Virus record (IMG/VR): IMGVR_UViG_3300037067_026753 | Source: a virus | Direction: 5' to 3' (one strand) | Length of the DNA: 64,000 bases | Notes under the pieces: generated by a model | Databases searched by the model: none | Told to the model about the DNA's origin: nothing | Seen by the model: only the letters and a program-made list of their open reading frames with translations | Position numbers and translations under genes: made by a program | In this document: piece after piece, positions 37,670-48,558 of the stretch | Numbering within the stretch: position 1 is the first letter of the stretch | How the letters are laid out: every line of letters starts with the position of its first letter

Positions 37670-38398
37670 TTATTTTCCTGTTATTGGGCACCACCACCAC
37701 ATCCCAAATGTTGGAGTAGGATTTGTTCTAACATTGTAGATAGGGCACGAGAGGGAAAACGAAGTCTTACCTATGGAGAAACCTATGCCCCCAGTCAGAT
37801 CAAACTCGAACCCCTTCTCGCGGACCGATGAATTAGCATAATCACCGTCATGCATATAATACCCAGGATTAAATTCGATAAAAACATCTATGCCTTTAAA
37901 TAATTTAACTATTGGGCTCAGAACAGCATAAATTGCAGGTTCTTTATAATAATCATAGGCTACTTGAACTGCAGCATTTGCTTGGAAACCAAATCGATTG
38001 TTCTCCCAAAGGAAATGATATTGAGGAGAAACATACCATTGACTTCCTCTTAATACGAGTATGTTGTTTTTTCCAAGGTCATAACGCACCATAGCTGAAA
38101 AATCGACAGATGTTCCTGTAGATGTTTTCACCATAGAAATATGTGACCAGATATCTGTATTTGCCGTCATACCATAGACAAGGTAGATGTCTTCACCGAC
38201 TGCACCTGAGCCATCAGAATAAAGATAGGGATTGAGAACAAACATTTTGTCTCCAGCCATTGAACCAATAGCCGTGTAACTATACGAAAAAATTGTAGAA
38301 ACAAATAGACAAATTAACAGAAAACTCTTAATCATGATAACCGCCTTCAGCTTGTATAAGTGCTTCATGAACTTCTTCTGAAACATAAAAGAAGTCAC
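37670..38398 (-). CDS. secreted beta-rich protein (possible outer-membrane beta-barrel)
   Basis: signal peptide; alternating-hydrophobic strands. Confidence 0.4.
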   Translation of the reverse strand: MTSFMFQKKFMKHLYKLKAVIMIKSFLLICLFVSTIFSYSYTAIGSMAGDKMFVLNPYLYSDGSGAVGEDIYLVYGMTANTDIWSHISMVKTSTGTSVDFSAMVRYDLGKNNILVLRGSQWYVSPQYHFLWENNRFGFQANAAVQVAYDYYKEPAIYAVLSPIVKLFKGIDVFIEFNPGYYMHDGDYANSSVREKGFEFDLTGGIGFSIGKTSFSLSCPIYNVRTNPTPTFGMWWWCPITGK

Positions 38399-38756
38399 CT
38401 GATATAGTTCTACAACAATAATTATCTCCTATAGGATTTCGAGAAAAACTTTCAATGGTATCTGGTGCTATTTCGAGCACGTCACTATGACAGCCATTAT
38501 CTGTTGGTCTTAAGATCCCTATTATCATCTTTTTCATAGGTCGCTACTGCCTTAGTATTTTTTCTATCTATTTTTTTAATATGGTACCCAATTGGTGCGC
38601 TTGTAAGCAAAAACATGCATTCTTACATTTGCGATATCAGGACCATAGCAGAAAACAAAAATAATAAAGACAAACAGGCAAACAGTAAAATTTTCATTTT
38701 TCGCTCCACATTTTATAAATATTGCCAGCATAAAAGTACTGGCAATATTTGTTTAA

Positions 38757-39356
38757 TCAGATAATCTGTACACCAAATGATTTAGCTGCAAGGATTGCAT
38801 GCCCGAACCAGAATTTAAGAGTTGTTTCTGGGAGCTTTTTTATAAATCTTTCAATCTCTTCATGGGTTGCAAACCTGAACTGGTTTTCGCAAAGTGTATC
38901 GTTTGTACCAAGACAGTATGTTGCTTCCTCGGCAATGCAAAACAGATCGTTTTCGATGTTATTGAATGAAGAGTTACCATACAAATCGTCGGTGTCTTGT
39001 GCTACGCACAAAACAAACTCGTCTTCATCGATGGAATTATCTCGCCGATCATCCATCTCTTTGATACAGACAAGCAACGTAAACAATCCGACTTCGAGTT
39101 TGCGCCCGACTCTGTCATCTTCTTCGTTATCAGTATCGACTTGAATTGTTTCGTTAAAAATAACAGACATAAGATCGGCAAGGATTTCTTTTGTGTCGTC
39201 ATCAACGTTAGCTCTTTCAATTTTGTTTTTGACAACTGTACCTTTTTCCGAAAGCCGCTGATCAGTATCCTGAATCATTTCCCGCCGCGGATTCATAGCA
39301 ATACTGGCATCGGTACATTGTTGTACGATTTTTACTATGGCTTCTGTCGAATTCAT
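38757..39356 (-). CDS. acidic hypothetical protein
   Basis: ORF, 4-nt overlap with tmk. Confidence 0.45.
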   Translation of the reverse strand: MNSTEAIVKIVQQCTDASIAMNPRREMIQDTDQRLSEKGTVVKNKIERANVDDDTKEILADLMSVIFNETIQVDTDNEEDDRVGRKLEVGLFTLLVCIKEMDDRRDNSIDEDEFVLCVAQDTDDLYGNSSFNNIENDLFCIAEEATYCLGTNDTLCENQFRFATHEEIERFIKKLPETTLKFWFGHAILAAKSFGVQII

Positions 39357-39799
39357 AATGCCTCCATCTTTTTAATTTTGCGTACAATAGAAGTTGCAAG
39401 CTTCTCTATATCTTTTATGCTTGCAACTGTAATTACTGTTGAAATCTTTTCAATTTTATATTGAGTATCCAAATAAGTTTGACGTAGATCCTTCAAAGTT
39501 TCAAGCGACTGAGGCGACTTTCCCGTCCTCGCTTTTGCTCTTTCAAAACAAACTTCAACTGGTGTATCTACAAAAATCGTTATTTTCGGTTTTGGAAAGA
39601 ATTTATGTGCATAAAATTCTTTTATAAAATCATAAGAGCCCGTATTGTATTTCAAACAATAAACAAGTCCACTCCAAATGTATCTATCGCAGATGAAGTT
39701 CTTCTTACTTGCTTCCCAACCAAGCTTCTCAGCAACAAGTTTCGATAGTGTAGTTTTACCACACCCATCAATGCCTTCAAATACAATAAATTTGTTCAT
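39353..39799 (-). CDS. tmk: thymidylate (dNMP) kinase
   Basis: FIVFEGIDGCGKTT P-loop and DRYIWS motif. Confidence 0.8.
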   Translation of the reverse strand: MNKFIVFEGIDGCGKTTLSKLVAEKLGWEASKKNFICDRYIWSGLVYCLKYNTGSYDFIKEFYAHKFFPKPKITIFVDTPVEVCFERAKARTGKSPQSLETLKDLRQTYLDTQYKIEKISTVITVASIKDIEKLATSIVRKIKKMEAL

Positions 39800-40000
39800 A
39801 AGATTTCCTTAAAAGGAAGCAGTAGAAAAAACAAGTATTATGACAACAAAGCTCATCGCTGTTCAACAATGGAAACAATAAATATTACCCGCCAGGAACT
39901 CTTTACAACAAAGGTGGGTAGAGTTCTACAATGGCTGGAAGTCACCATGGTTCTTGTTCTTTTCGGCATTGCAAGCAATACCTATTCTACTGCTTCTTAT

Positions 40001-40297
40001 TTACTTCGCTAATGGGGAAATCGGGCCCATAAGATCTTTGAAGTCGATCGGGAGCTCAATTTTCGTGGAAGCATTGACTTGTTTGATAGTAGCAGCAATC
40101 TCGAAAAGAGCATTGTTGATTGCTGTTATACGTTCATCGACTTTGACAACATCATAGAGTGGCCGTTTTTCTTTCTGACTTGTGTCTCTCCATGATGTTT
40201 CGGTAGCAGTTTCTTTTTCCAGCTCTTCAAGTTGCTTTTTTCTCTCTTTCAATGCTTTCTGCATCTCAAGAGCTTTACTTAAAGTCATGTTTTCCAT
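40001..40297 (-). CDS. small coiled-coil protein
   Basis: ORF. Confidence 0.4.
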   Translation of the reverse strand: MENMTLSKALEMQKALKERKKQLEELEKETATETSWRDTSQKEKRPLYDVVKVDERITAINNALFEIAATIKQVNASTKIELPIDFKDLMGPISPLAK

Positions 40298-40347
40298 ATA
40301 GCCTCCTTGTTTTACTTTATAACTAAAAAAGGAGCTATATTCACAAG

Positions 40348-41154
40348 TTATAGGTAGGATTTTACGTCGTCGACAAGCTGCTGGAAATTTTGAGATTTAC
40401 GAATTTCTGGGTTCCATGCTAAACCCATTTCTTTGAGGTCGAGTTGATGTGTTACCGTGGCGCCTTCTTTATCTTGTTCTTTAGCCATGATCCAGACTGT
40501 GTCAGCAATTGCCATAGAATTTTCAAGATCGTGACTAACTATTATAAGCGTATTGAGTTCATTAAGAGCAGAAATTCTATTGAGAAGCTCAATTACTTTG
40601 TCAACCATGATAGGATCTAAACCTGAAAAAGGTTCATCTAACAATATAAATTTATTGTCAGTGAGCACTTGTTGTATAATGCTTACGCGTTGACGTTGCC
40701 CTCCGGACAATTGAGCAGGATATTTTTGAAGATGTTCTGCAAGGCCAAAGTCTTCGGCATGTTTCAAAATCAGATCTTTCTGCTCTGCTTTGCTTCGTTT
40801 GTAAGAAGAATGTAGTATACCTTGCCTTAGATTTTCAAAGATCGTTCTATGATCGAAAAGAAAATAGTTTTGAGGGACAATTCCTACTTCTCCAGGCGAA
40901 ACTTTATGTTGATCTGGGTATACCCAAACTTGTCCTGTAGTCGGTTTGTTTAACCCAGAGAGTATTCTAAATAACTGTGTTTTTCCAAGACCTGAACGCC
41001 CTATAAGAGCTATTACTTGGCCCTGAATCGAATCTGGCCGAGTGACGTTTCTTATTTCAAAACTAATATCCCTTAGAATAAGTTTGTCTCCATATTTGAG
41101 ACTGATATTCTCAGCTTTAATCAGAAGCTCTTCAAGAGCGTAAATTTTCTTCAT
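40348..41154 (-). CDS. ABC transporter ATP-binding protein (SsuB/TauB-like)
   Basis: GRSGLGKT, LSGGQRQRV, ILLDEPFSGLD. Confidence 0.85.
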   Translation of the reverse strand: MKKIYALEELLIKAENISLKYGDKLILRDISFEIRNVTRPDSIQGQVIALIGRSGLGKTQLFRILSGLNKPTTGQVWVYPDQHKVSPGEVGIVPQNYFLFDHRTIFENLRQGILHSSYKRSKAEQKDLILKHAEDFGLAEHLQKYPAQLSGGQRQRVSIIQQVLTDNKFILLDEPFSGLDPIMVDKVIELLNRISALNELNTLIIVSHDLENSMAIADTVWIMAKEQDKEGATVTHQLDLKEMGLAWNPEIRKSQNFQQLVDDVKSYL

Positions 41155-41252
41155 TTGAACTCCATAGATAGTCCGGTAACTGGTATTGAAGGATTTATGT
41201 CATCATCACCATAGGGACCTTCAACGTGGTTCCAGTTACCGAACATAGTTAA

Positions 41253-41618
41253 TCACTTTTTGCACATGAAAATCATATGCAGGTCGTCGTTTTCCGTGAT
41301 GAACAGTTCGTGACAGATAATCCGTTCGATATTCTTGACTGCTGCCGCAATATCCTTTTCGTTCTGTTCGAAAACCAGATTGGGATCGAGCTGACCGATT
41401 TTTGCGGTATGCAGAATTACCGGATAATGTTCATCATCCCGATAACCGAGAGACATGATCAATGTCTGGGATTTCTCGAGAAATTCGACGCCGATGCTTT
41501 TGGGAGCGACCTTGTTTTCCGAGACCCATTTTTCGATGTTCCCGAGAAGTTCACGAAGGTCCGTGTCTGAAGTATAATCGGTGGCGAACAATTTGAATTT
41601 CCCATGTACCTGAATCAT
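41253..41618 (-). CDS. hypothetical protein
   Basis: ORF inside transporter cluster. Confidence 0.45.
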   Translation of the reverse strand: MIQVHGKFKLFATDYTSDTDLRELLGNIEKWVSENKVAPKSIGVEFLEKSQTLIMSLGYRDDEHYPVILHTAKIGQLDPNLVFEQNEKDIAAAVKNIERIICHELFITENDDLHMIFMCKK

Positions 41619-41649
41619 AGGATTCCTTTCATTAATGTTTTAAGGTAAA

Positions 41650-42522
41650 TCATTTTGCTTTCCCTAATCTACAATAAGGAAAAAGCCAATGACGAGATTT
41701 TGCTAGCAATAAATCGATTAACATTCCTACTATAAAAATAACGATGAGAAGAGCAAATACTTTGGGCAGGTCAAGGTACTTATTTGCCTTTAAGAGCATA
41801 ACTCCGAGCCCGCCCTCTGACATGCTAGTACCTTCAACCATAGTAATCATAAGCCAGGATATTGCAAAATTCTGCCGTTTTACTTCAATCACTTGGTCAG
41901 CTCTACCCAAAATAATTACTTCATAAACAGTCTCCCAGATCCCATAACGAAGAGTCCTGCAAAGATCATATTCATGAGTCTTGATTTCAGAAATAATAGC
42001 CGTAAGCGATGTTACAAAAAATGGAACAATACCGAAAAGTAACAGACTCATTTTCAAATCACTTCCATTTTTGGTTACCAATGTGAAGAGAAAAATAAGA
42101 CCTGTTAAAGTAAGATATCTACATTGCGTAACAAATTTCGATATTGGATTAAAAGCTGGTATGACAGAAAGGTATGCAATAAATAGAGCAATCGCCATTG
42201 AAATCAGCATGCTTGTTATTGTCAATGAAAAACTGCTCACAAGATTTCGTACAAAATCTGGCTCACATACTAAAGCAATCATGGCTTTTCCGACTACAAT
42301 GGGGCCAGGAATGAGACCTCCCCCATTAAATACATGCCATAGAATTAAAGCACCAATTGCTTCAATGACAGCAACCCCCATCCAGATGCGATGGGGGACT
42401 ATTGCTAAAGGTTCCAATAAAGGAATTCGCATGATTTTATTTACCCAGAACGATTTGAACTCTACGGTTTTGAGCCCGACCAGCAGATGAAGCATTCGAA
42501 GCAATCGGTTGCGTATCGCCAA
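41650..42522 (-). CDS. ABC transporter permease (TauC/SsuC-like)
   Basis: 6 TM helices, binding-protein-dependent permease topology. Confidence 0.7.
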   Translation of the reverse strand: MAIRNRLLRMLHLLVGLKTVEFKSFWVNKIMRIPLLEPLAIVPHRIWMGVAVIEAIGALILWHVFNGGGLIPGPIVVGKAMIALVCEPDFVRNLVSSFSLTITSMLISMAIALFIAYLSVIPAFNPISKFVTQCRYLTLTGLIFLFTLVTKNGSDLKMSLLLFGIVPFFVTSLTAIISEIKTHEYDLCRTLRYGIWETVYEVIILGRADQVIEVKRQNFAISWLMITMVEGTSMSEGGLGVMLLKANKYLDLPKVFALLIVIFIVGMLIDLLLAKSRHWLFPYCRLGKAK

Positions 42523-44206
42523 AACCCTGTGCTTCTATTTCCTCATTTGGAAGGCCCCTGTTCATAAGATAATTTTTGACTGAATATGCACGTGATTCCG
42601 AAAGAGTCATATTGGAAGTTGGATTCCCTGTGTTGTCAGTGTGTCCATAAACTCCAACTTTCAATCCCTCGGCTACAACCGCACTTCCCAGAATTTCTTC
42701 AAGCACCGAACTGGAAGCAGGACTGATAACTGCACTGCCTACCTCAAATTGAATTTGGTAGGATTTTGAAGACACTGTGGAAGTGATTTTTTCGGCATAC
42801 TGTACCGTTAATGCTTTCCCTTGTAGCAATTCAGGATGGTTTGAAACCACGGAAGCAAGGAATGATTTATCCATAACCTTTGAATATTCCGGATATGTAG
42901 GCATTATTTCGGGGTACATCTTACTCATAATGTCACCGAAAGTGGAATATACGATTTTATAACGATCAAGTCGATCTGTACCTAACCCAAAAAAATTCAT
43001 TGCATCGGAAAGGTTGAATGCCATAGAACCACCCAGAGCAACATCTAAACCTTGAGCATCTCTTTGAACGGTTCCATTATAATATTTAAGCCAATAAGCT
43101 GGATCTTGTTCGGCATATACCTTTGCAGATACTGCAGCCGCAAACTGTTTTGCTGAATTGAATGAACGTACTTGATCTCCTGCCGTACCAAGAGCAATAA
43201 TGAGGTTTTCGACATCAGTTCTGTGATCATTAGCCCATTTCTTTATAGTGATTGATATATTAGGCATTTGTGAAGAGTATTCCTTTGTCGAGGCAATAAC
43301 GGCTACACCACCCCTCTTCATTGCTGCATTTACATCGCCTGGTGTCCATGTAGCAAAAGCATCAACACCCACTATTGTATCTTTTGATGTTTTTTGTCCA
43401 TTGACAATGAGACGTCGTTTTTCTTTGTAGTCTGTTATGAATTTTGCCGGTGCATCAAGGAAGTCTGAAGCTGCAATCAAGTTGATTGCGTTCAGATCGA
43501 AAGATGTTTCGTCCGGATTGACTTTCAACGAGTTATCGCCAGCCCATTTTAAAAGGATGTTCATGTCACCATCACGGAGTACACAAGCGCATGTTTTTCC
43601 CAGAGCACTTTGTGGGTTTGTTTTCCATTCAGGTGGTCCCATAACTTTGTCTTCTCCATAGGATTTACCCATTGTGTAAAATCCTATTGGTTGATATTCA
43701 GGACCGAGTGGCTCAAGTTCTTTACAAAGAGCCATAAAGAAATAAGGCATGCCGTCGCCCATGAACGAAGTAAATGTCGCTGTCATTTGCGGATTTGCTT
43801 TATAGTCCTTTGCAAATTTCACAATGTCAGCACATGATTTGTTGCAATCATCCTGACGGAAAAGGTTGATTTGTAGACCGGCTTTGTCTATCAACGAGTT
43901 TTTCATCGTGACCTGACCACCGTTTGCATACATGAGACCGAACTGCGAATTCCATGCCATTATTTTCCAGTCGATCTTCGAACCACCATTTGCAGCCGGT
44001 TGATCTTTGGGCACTGGTAATTCTGTTGCAGCAGAACCACTGAGTGATGCTTCCGGTGCGTCAGGCAATGCAACTCTTCCGATTTCCGTAGCCTTTTTTG
44101 CTGCCGTCGGAAGCTTGTCATACCACAGAGTCTTTCCAAGAAATAATCCTGCGACTCCGACAACTATCAGCGCCATTACGCCGCCTCTCTTCATACGTAC
44201 TGCCAT
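42437..44206 (-). CDS. membrane-anchored substrate-binding protein (NMT1/SsuA-like) fused to OmpA C-terminal domain
   Basis: N-terminal TM; C-terminal GHTDNTGN...NRRVQIVL OmpA_C motif. Confidence 0.7.
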   Translation of the reverse strand: MAVRMKRGGVMALIVVGVAGLFLGKTLWYDKLPTAAKKATEIGRVALPDAPEASLSGSAATELPVPKDQPAANGGSKIDWKIMAWNSQFGLMYANGGQVTMKNSLIDKAGLQINLFRQDDCNKSCADIVKFAKDYKANPQMTATFTSFMGDGMPYFFMALCKELEPLGPEYQPIGFYTMGKSYGEDKVMGPPEWKTNPQSALGKTCACVLRDGDMNILLKWAGDNSLKVNPDETSFDLNAINLIAASDFLDAPAKFITDYKEKRRLIVNGQKTSKDTIVGVDAFATWTPGDVNAAMKRGGVAVIASTKEYSSQMPNISITIKKWANDHRTDVENLIIALGTAGDQVRSFNSAKQFAAAVSAKVYAEQDPAYWLKYYNGTVQRDAQGLDVALGGSMAFNLSDAMNFFGLGTDRLDRYKIVYSTFGDIMSKMYPEIMPTYPEYSKVMDKSFLASVVSNHPELLQGKALTVQYAEKITSTVSSKSYQIQFEVGSAVISPASSSVLEEILGSAVVAEGLKVGVYGHTDNTGNPTSNMTLSESRAYSVKNYLMNRGLPNEEIEAQGFGDTQPIASNASSAGRAQNRRVQIVLGK

Positions 44207-44233
44207 GTAACCTCCCTATGGTTAAATGTGGGT

Positions 44234-45199
44234 TTATTTTAGCAAATTGTTATAGATATCCGTATCAATTTCGCCTGCAGCAGTCAGTTTCTTGGGAAGA
44301 TATTCATCCGGTACTTCGATCAAGGAGAAGTCTTTGTCGACATCAAACTTCTCTAAGAGCTTCAGACCCTCAACCTCTGATGCAGCTTTGTCAAGGTCAA
44401 TAGACTTCATATATTCTGACGAGAGTGACATCGCCTTTTTCATATTTGCGAGTTTTGAAGAGATATCCTGACGGAAAGCATCAGCGGATTGTTCGAGTAA
44501 TGCTCTCCTTTCAGGATCGCCCTTGAAAAACTTGAGAGTAGAATTGATTGCTCTATTTCCTGACGTTGTGGATTTGTAAAGATCCATTTTCAAAGATAAC
44601 TTTGTTTTTGCGCCTTCAATATTTCTCCCTGCATTCTTATCAAATTTATCAAGAAAGGTACTGATTTTCGTAAGATTAAGGAGCATGGGCGATAACTGAG
44701 TTATATATTCCTTATACCCTTGTATTTGATCAGATATCAATCCAATTTCGTCAGTCATATTATTCTTTTTGGCTGCTTGTGCTTTAGAAACAAGGCGAGA
44801 CATTTCGTCTTGTTTCTCTTTTATTTTCGATTTAATTGCTTCTTTTTGAGTATCGACATCAATTGCCTGTTCCCTGGCTTTTTCCCGTGTTTTTTCCATA
44901 TCTTCAATATCTTGGCGCCAAAGAACAAAAGGATCCCATTGAAACACTAACCCGAACGTGTATTTCATAATAATATCCCAGATGGAATACACGAGCAAAC
45001 GTATTCTTTTATTTGTGACAAGAAACAGGAACACTGCGAGAGCAGTACATGCAATACCGAAATTCAAAGTGTTCCAGACGACGGTTGTTAAAATAGGAGC
45101 TACCCACCAGCCAAATGCTCCTATTGCTACGATAGCAACAATGGTCTTTATGGGACCCCCTGGACGATTCCAATACGCTTTTATTTTTTGTTCATCCAT
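44234..45199 (-). CDS. PspA/IM30 (Vipp1)-like protein with N-terminal transmembrane extension
   Basis: two TM helices then WDPFVLWRQDIEDMEKTREKAREQ (PspA DPxxxLxQxIxDM signature) and long coiled coil. Confidence 0.55.
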   Translation of the reverse strand: MDEQKIKAYWNRPGGPIKTIVAIVAIGAFGWWVAPILTTVVWNTLNFGIACTALAVFLFLVTNKRIRLLVYSIWDIIMKYTFGLVFQWDPFVLWRQDIEDMEKTREKAREQAIDVDTQKEAIKSKIKEKQDEMSRLVSKAQAAKKNNMTDEIGLISDQIQGYKEYITQLSPMLLNLTKISTFLDKFDKNAGRNIEGAKTKLSLKMDLYKSTTSGNRAINSTLKFFKGDPERRALLEQSADAFRQDISSKLANMKKAMSLSSEYMKSIDLDKAASEVEGLKLLEKFDVDKDFSLIEVPDEYLPKKLTAAGEIDTDIYNNLLK

Positions 45200-45210
45200 A
45201 ATACTTCCTC

Positions 45211-45876
45211 CTATAGTGATGTTTGAACTTTTTGTATATCAGTTGTTATTTTCTTAATAATAGTATCACATGCTGCTAGATAAGCTCCCTCGTTTTTACG
45301 AATCACTTGTTCAGCTTCAGAAGATTCTTGAGTAAGAGTATCTATAGAAGTTTGACATTGTTCAATTTCAGCTTTCAAAGCTTCTATTTTCTTTGTCAGG
45401 TCGTCAATTCTTGTTTTCCTTGAAGTTATTTCAGCCTGTTGTTTTGCTTGCAAAGCAGCTTCAAATTTTTTCCTGTCTTCTTGCAGGATTGTTATGTATT
45501 GTTGAGCACTATTGAGTAAAGTTTCTTTGCTTAGCCCGCTGACACAAAGACTAGCGAAAGTAGCGGCATAACGCATTTGTTCGTTGGGGATTGAAGTTTC
45601 GAGTCTTTCCGCAACCTGAAGGAATTCGAAATAATCAGGGCCGGGAAGATTTGCATCATCAAGGAGTTTATAAAAATGTTTTTCGAATTTTTCAATATCC
45701 TCGGCATTCAATCCTGGAGGTTTTTGTGCCGGTTGGATTCGAGGAACTGCGAAAGCAGGTGTTGTTGGTGTTTGGAGATTCTGTGGAGACTGTGGAGTTT
45801 TAGGTTTTTCATCAAATTCAATAAGAGGAGACAAAATCTTTTTAAGTGTATTCATAAATTGATCCTTTTTTGACAT
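45211..45876 (-). CDS. coiled-coil protein with Pro-rich linker
   Basis: ORF. Confidence 0.45.
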   Translation of the reverse strand: MSKKDQFMNTLKKILSPLIEFDEKPKTPQSPQNLQTPTTPAFAVPRIQPAQKPPGLNAEDIEKFEKHFYKLLDDANLPGPDYFEFLQVAERLETSIPNEQMRYAATFASLCVSGLSKETLLNSAQQYITILQEDRKKFEAALQAKQQAEITSRKTRIDDLTKKIEALKAEIEQCQTSIDTLTQESSEAEQVIRKNEGAYLAACDTIIKKITTDIQKVQTSL

Positions 45877-45941
45877 GAGTCATGAATCATTGACCATACA
45901 TTTCTATATCTTTTTTTTTCCAGATTATAAGAACAATTCTT

Positions 45942-46973
45942 TTAATTAGAAATTGTTTCGTGTTTTATTTCTTTGATTTTGTTAACGAAGAGTTTGAGAC
46001 CTGGTAGAGAATCTATATGGTAAGACATAATGTATTTTTCTCCATCAATATCAGTTGTCCATTGTTCAGGTGCAGGACAACCACAATGCCCGACAACCCG
46101 AACATCCTTAGCCCCGACAGGATCAGCGTAAAGGTCGTTAGCAACATCTAAAGGTACCGGCCCATTAACTACCCAATAGTACCAGGCACGTTTGAAGATG
46201 AATGGTCCCTGTTCAATAAAACCGAATTTAGTAAATGGCACTTCAGTATTACCCAATCCCACGGTTTCAACTGGAATACCTACTAATTTTAATTCCATTT
46301 CAATAAAATAATCGCAAAACACATCTCCTGCAAGGTTCCAAAATCTATTATAATCTTTTCCACCAATTTCAAAGATTTGATTTGCCTGTTGTTGAACATG
46401 TTGCTCCATACAATCTTTATGGAAGTATCTTCGTACACGACAAAAAATCTTTTGTCCCTTCTCTATGATTATGTTTTTCTCTTTCTCATCATAGTTTAAA
46501 TAATATCGACCGTCAGTTTTTTGTTTTAAAATTTCATTAAGTTCGATAATCGATAAACCGATGTACAAACCCGAATCTAATTCTATTGTTTCGTCGACAA
46601 AATGGCACTCTAAAAAATCCTGAGTTTCAATACTCCAGTTTTTTTGACAATGGAAACAATTTGTCGAAAAATGTGGTGGACTCCACATATATGTTGACAT
46701 AGAAGACTCTATATGTCGAAAATCGTCTATTGTGACAACTTTTGGCACTCTAACTCTTTTTTCAAGTTTCCATACGTTCCCACATGTATCTAAACGGAGC
46801 GCACCGAATAAAACAAATTCTTCAAGTTCTTCTTTTCTAATGTAATAAGCGTCATGTCGATTACGCAACATTGTTACAAAAGTCTCGTATGAAGAAAAAG
46901 TCTGTTCAATCCCATATATAGTGTTGTATGTCTCTTTATTGATTTTTGAAATAAAATCAAATTTTGCTGTCAT
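45942..46973 (-). CDS. hypothetical protein
   Basis: 343-aa ORF. Confidence 0.5.
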   Translation of the reverse strand: MTAKFDFISKINKETYNTIYGIEQTFSSYETFVTMLRNRHDAYYIRKEELEEFVLFGALRLDTCGNVWKLEKRVRVPKVVTIDDFRHIESSMSTYMWSPPHFSTNCFHCQKNWSIETQDFLECHFVDETIELDSGLYIGLSIIELNEILKQKTDGRYYLNYDEKEKNIIIEKGQKIFCRVRRYFHKDCMEQHVQQQANQIFEIGGKDYNRFWNLAGDVFCDYFIEMELKLVGIPVETVGLGNTEVPFTKFGFIEQGPFIFKRAWYYWVVNGPVPLDVANDLYADPVGAKDVRVVGHCGCPAPEQWTTDIDGEKYIMSYHIDSLPGLKLFVNKIKEIKHETISN

Positions 46974-47015
46974 GTTTTTATCCTTTAATATTTTCTAGAT
47001 TAGAAAGGTAAATCT

Positions 47016-47342
47016 TCACCCGGGATTTCTTTTTAAAGCAGGAGGTGGTTCTACTTCGCATTCATATTGAGAACAATCTTGTACAGGTATGTCTTCTAAT
47101 CTAGAATAAAGTTGTTCACCATCATGAGGCAAATTAGAGTGAATTAAATAGTATTGAAGTTCTTCTTCAGCTCCTATATCGCGAATCACCGTTCTTAAAA
47201 TTATATATGATATTTTTGACTTACATATTCCTGGCGTACCATCGTCAAAAAAATAAACAGGGTCACCAGGTTGAAATTTTAATTCAACATTAATCTCTCT
47301 TACAACAACATCGTCTTTTAAAAAATTGAATTTGTTTTTCAT
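47016..47342 (-). CDS. hypothetical protein
   Basis: ORF. Confidence 0.4.
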   Translation of the reverse strand: MKNKFNFLKDDVVVREINVELKFQPGDPVYFFDDGTPGICKSKISYIILRTVIRDIGAEEELQYYLIHSNLPHDGEQLYSRLEDIPVQDCSQYECEVEPPPALKRNPG

Positions 47343-47376
47343 AAATACAAAGGCTGGTTTCCCAGCCCTTCCTAAA

Positions 47377-48537
47377 TTAATTTCCGCCTTTAGGCACAGA
47401 CATATCGAGTGTAAGATCCTTTGCAGTTTTTGCCATTAAGAGATCAACAAGCGCCGTCGCTCCATTTCCCCCTTTATTTGCATCACTACCCATTATAATA
47501 GTAGGCACTAATTGATTACCCTTGAGAGCTTCAGCATAAGTACCGTTAACCTGAATCCAGGCTTGAAGTTTCTTGTCCAAAGCTCCGTCAGCAGACATGA
47601 TAGCACGTTTCTTTGCAGCTTCTCCTTCTCCCTGAAGGATGAGTTTTTGTTTCTCAAACTCAGCAGCTTCTTTTTCAAGTTTTGCAACTTCTTTCTGCTG
47701 TTCTGCTTCCGTAACTTTTTGAGCCTTGATTACTTCCTGCTCCCATTTTGCTTTTGCTGCATTGGCCTCACCTTCCTTGGCTACAGTAATAGCGTTCTGT
47801 TCAGCTTGTTTTGCTGATGCAATAGCAGTCTGAACATCCATAGCAATTTTTTGCTGTTGCTGAATTTGTTTTTCAACCGCATCATCGTATGGAAGGCTTG
47901 AAATCGCAAAGTTAAATGTACGAATTCCGAATTCTTGTAAAACCGCATGATCCTGACGCAAGAATTGTCCAGAAGAATCTTTTGCAATTTCAACAACAGT
48001 AATAGTTTTTTCAGAGCCAGTCAAAGGATCTGTTGTTTTGACATCCTTTTGCAAAGTTTTATAAACTCCATTTTGAATCTGATCTTCAACATAACTTAAC
48101 AGGTAATTCCTTTTTTCAGCGAATGATTCTTTCGAACTCATCAAAGGACCTGTCATGTAAATCGATTTATTGACGATTGTCTGGATGAGTTGCATTTCAA
48201 TAGCTTTTTGACTCCCAAAACGAACATGTAACTGAGTCAAATGTTCATTATCTATAGGCATTTCATATTGGATCGACCCGATCATTTTTCCGTGTCCGCC
48301 ATCATTGAAACGTACAGGTATTTCGAATGCGTAACTTTCGCGTTTGTCATACTTAGTCACTTTGCCGAAAAACTGAGCCTTGATTCCTGGCGTAGTGTGC
48401 CAGGTAAGTTTTCCAGCGATAGGGCTTTGAACCACCATGATCTTACTTGCGTCGAGATTTTCGGCAACATTGAACGACATGAAAATAGCAATTAGTATAC
48501 CGACAACGGCAAGTACTGCTCCCAACGTAGCACGCAT
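47377..48537 (-). CDS. SPFH/band-7 (flotillin/HflK-like) protein
   Basis: N-terminal TM, SPFH core, Ala/Glu/Lys-rich coiled coil. Confidence 0.8.
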   Translation of the reverse strand: MRATLGAVLAVVGILIAIFMSFNVAENLDASKIMVVQSPIAGKLTWHTTPGIKAQFFGKVTKYDKRESYAFEIPVRFNDGGHGKMIGSIQYEMPIDNEHLTQLHVRFGSQKAIEMQLIQTIVNKSIYMTGPLMSSKESFAEKRNYLLSYVEDQIQNGVYKTLQKDVKTTDPLTGSEKTITVVEIAKDSSGQFLRQDHAVLQEFGIRTFNFAISSLPYDDAVEKQIQQQQKIAMDVQTAIASAKQAEQNAITVAKEGEANAAKAKWEQEVIKAQKVTEAEQQKEVAKLEKEAAEFEKQKLILQGEGEAAKKRAIMSADGALDKKLQAWIQVNGTYAEALKGNQLVPTIIMGSDANKGGNGATALVDLLMAKTAKDLTLDMSVPKGGN

Positions 48538-48558
48538 AACTCCTCCTTTGATTGTGAA

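Noticed and set aside
38716-38750. 12-bp inverted repeat AAATATTGCCAG...CTGGCAATATTT after gene 38757..39356
   Set aside because: No T-run on the minus transcript, so function unclear. A 24-aa hydrophobic ORF (MKILLFACLSLLFLFSAMVLISQM) just downstream is too short to call.
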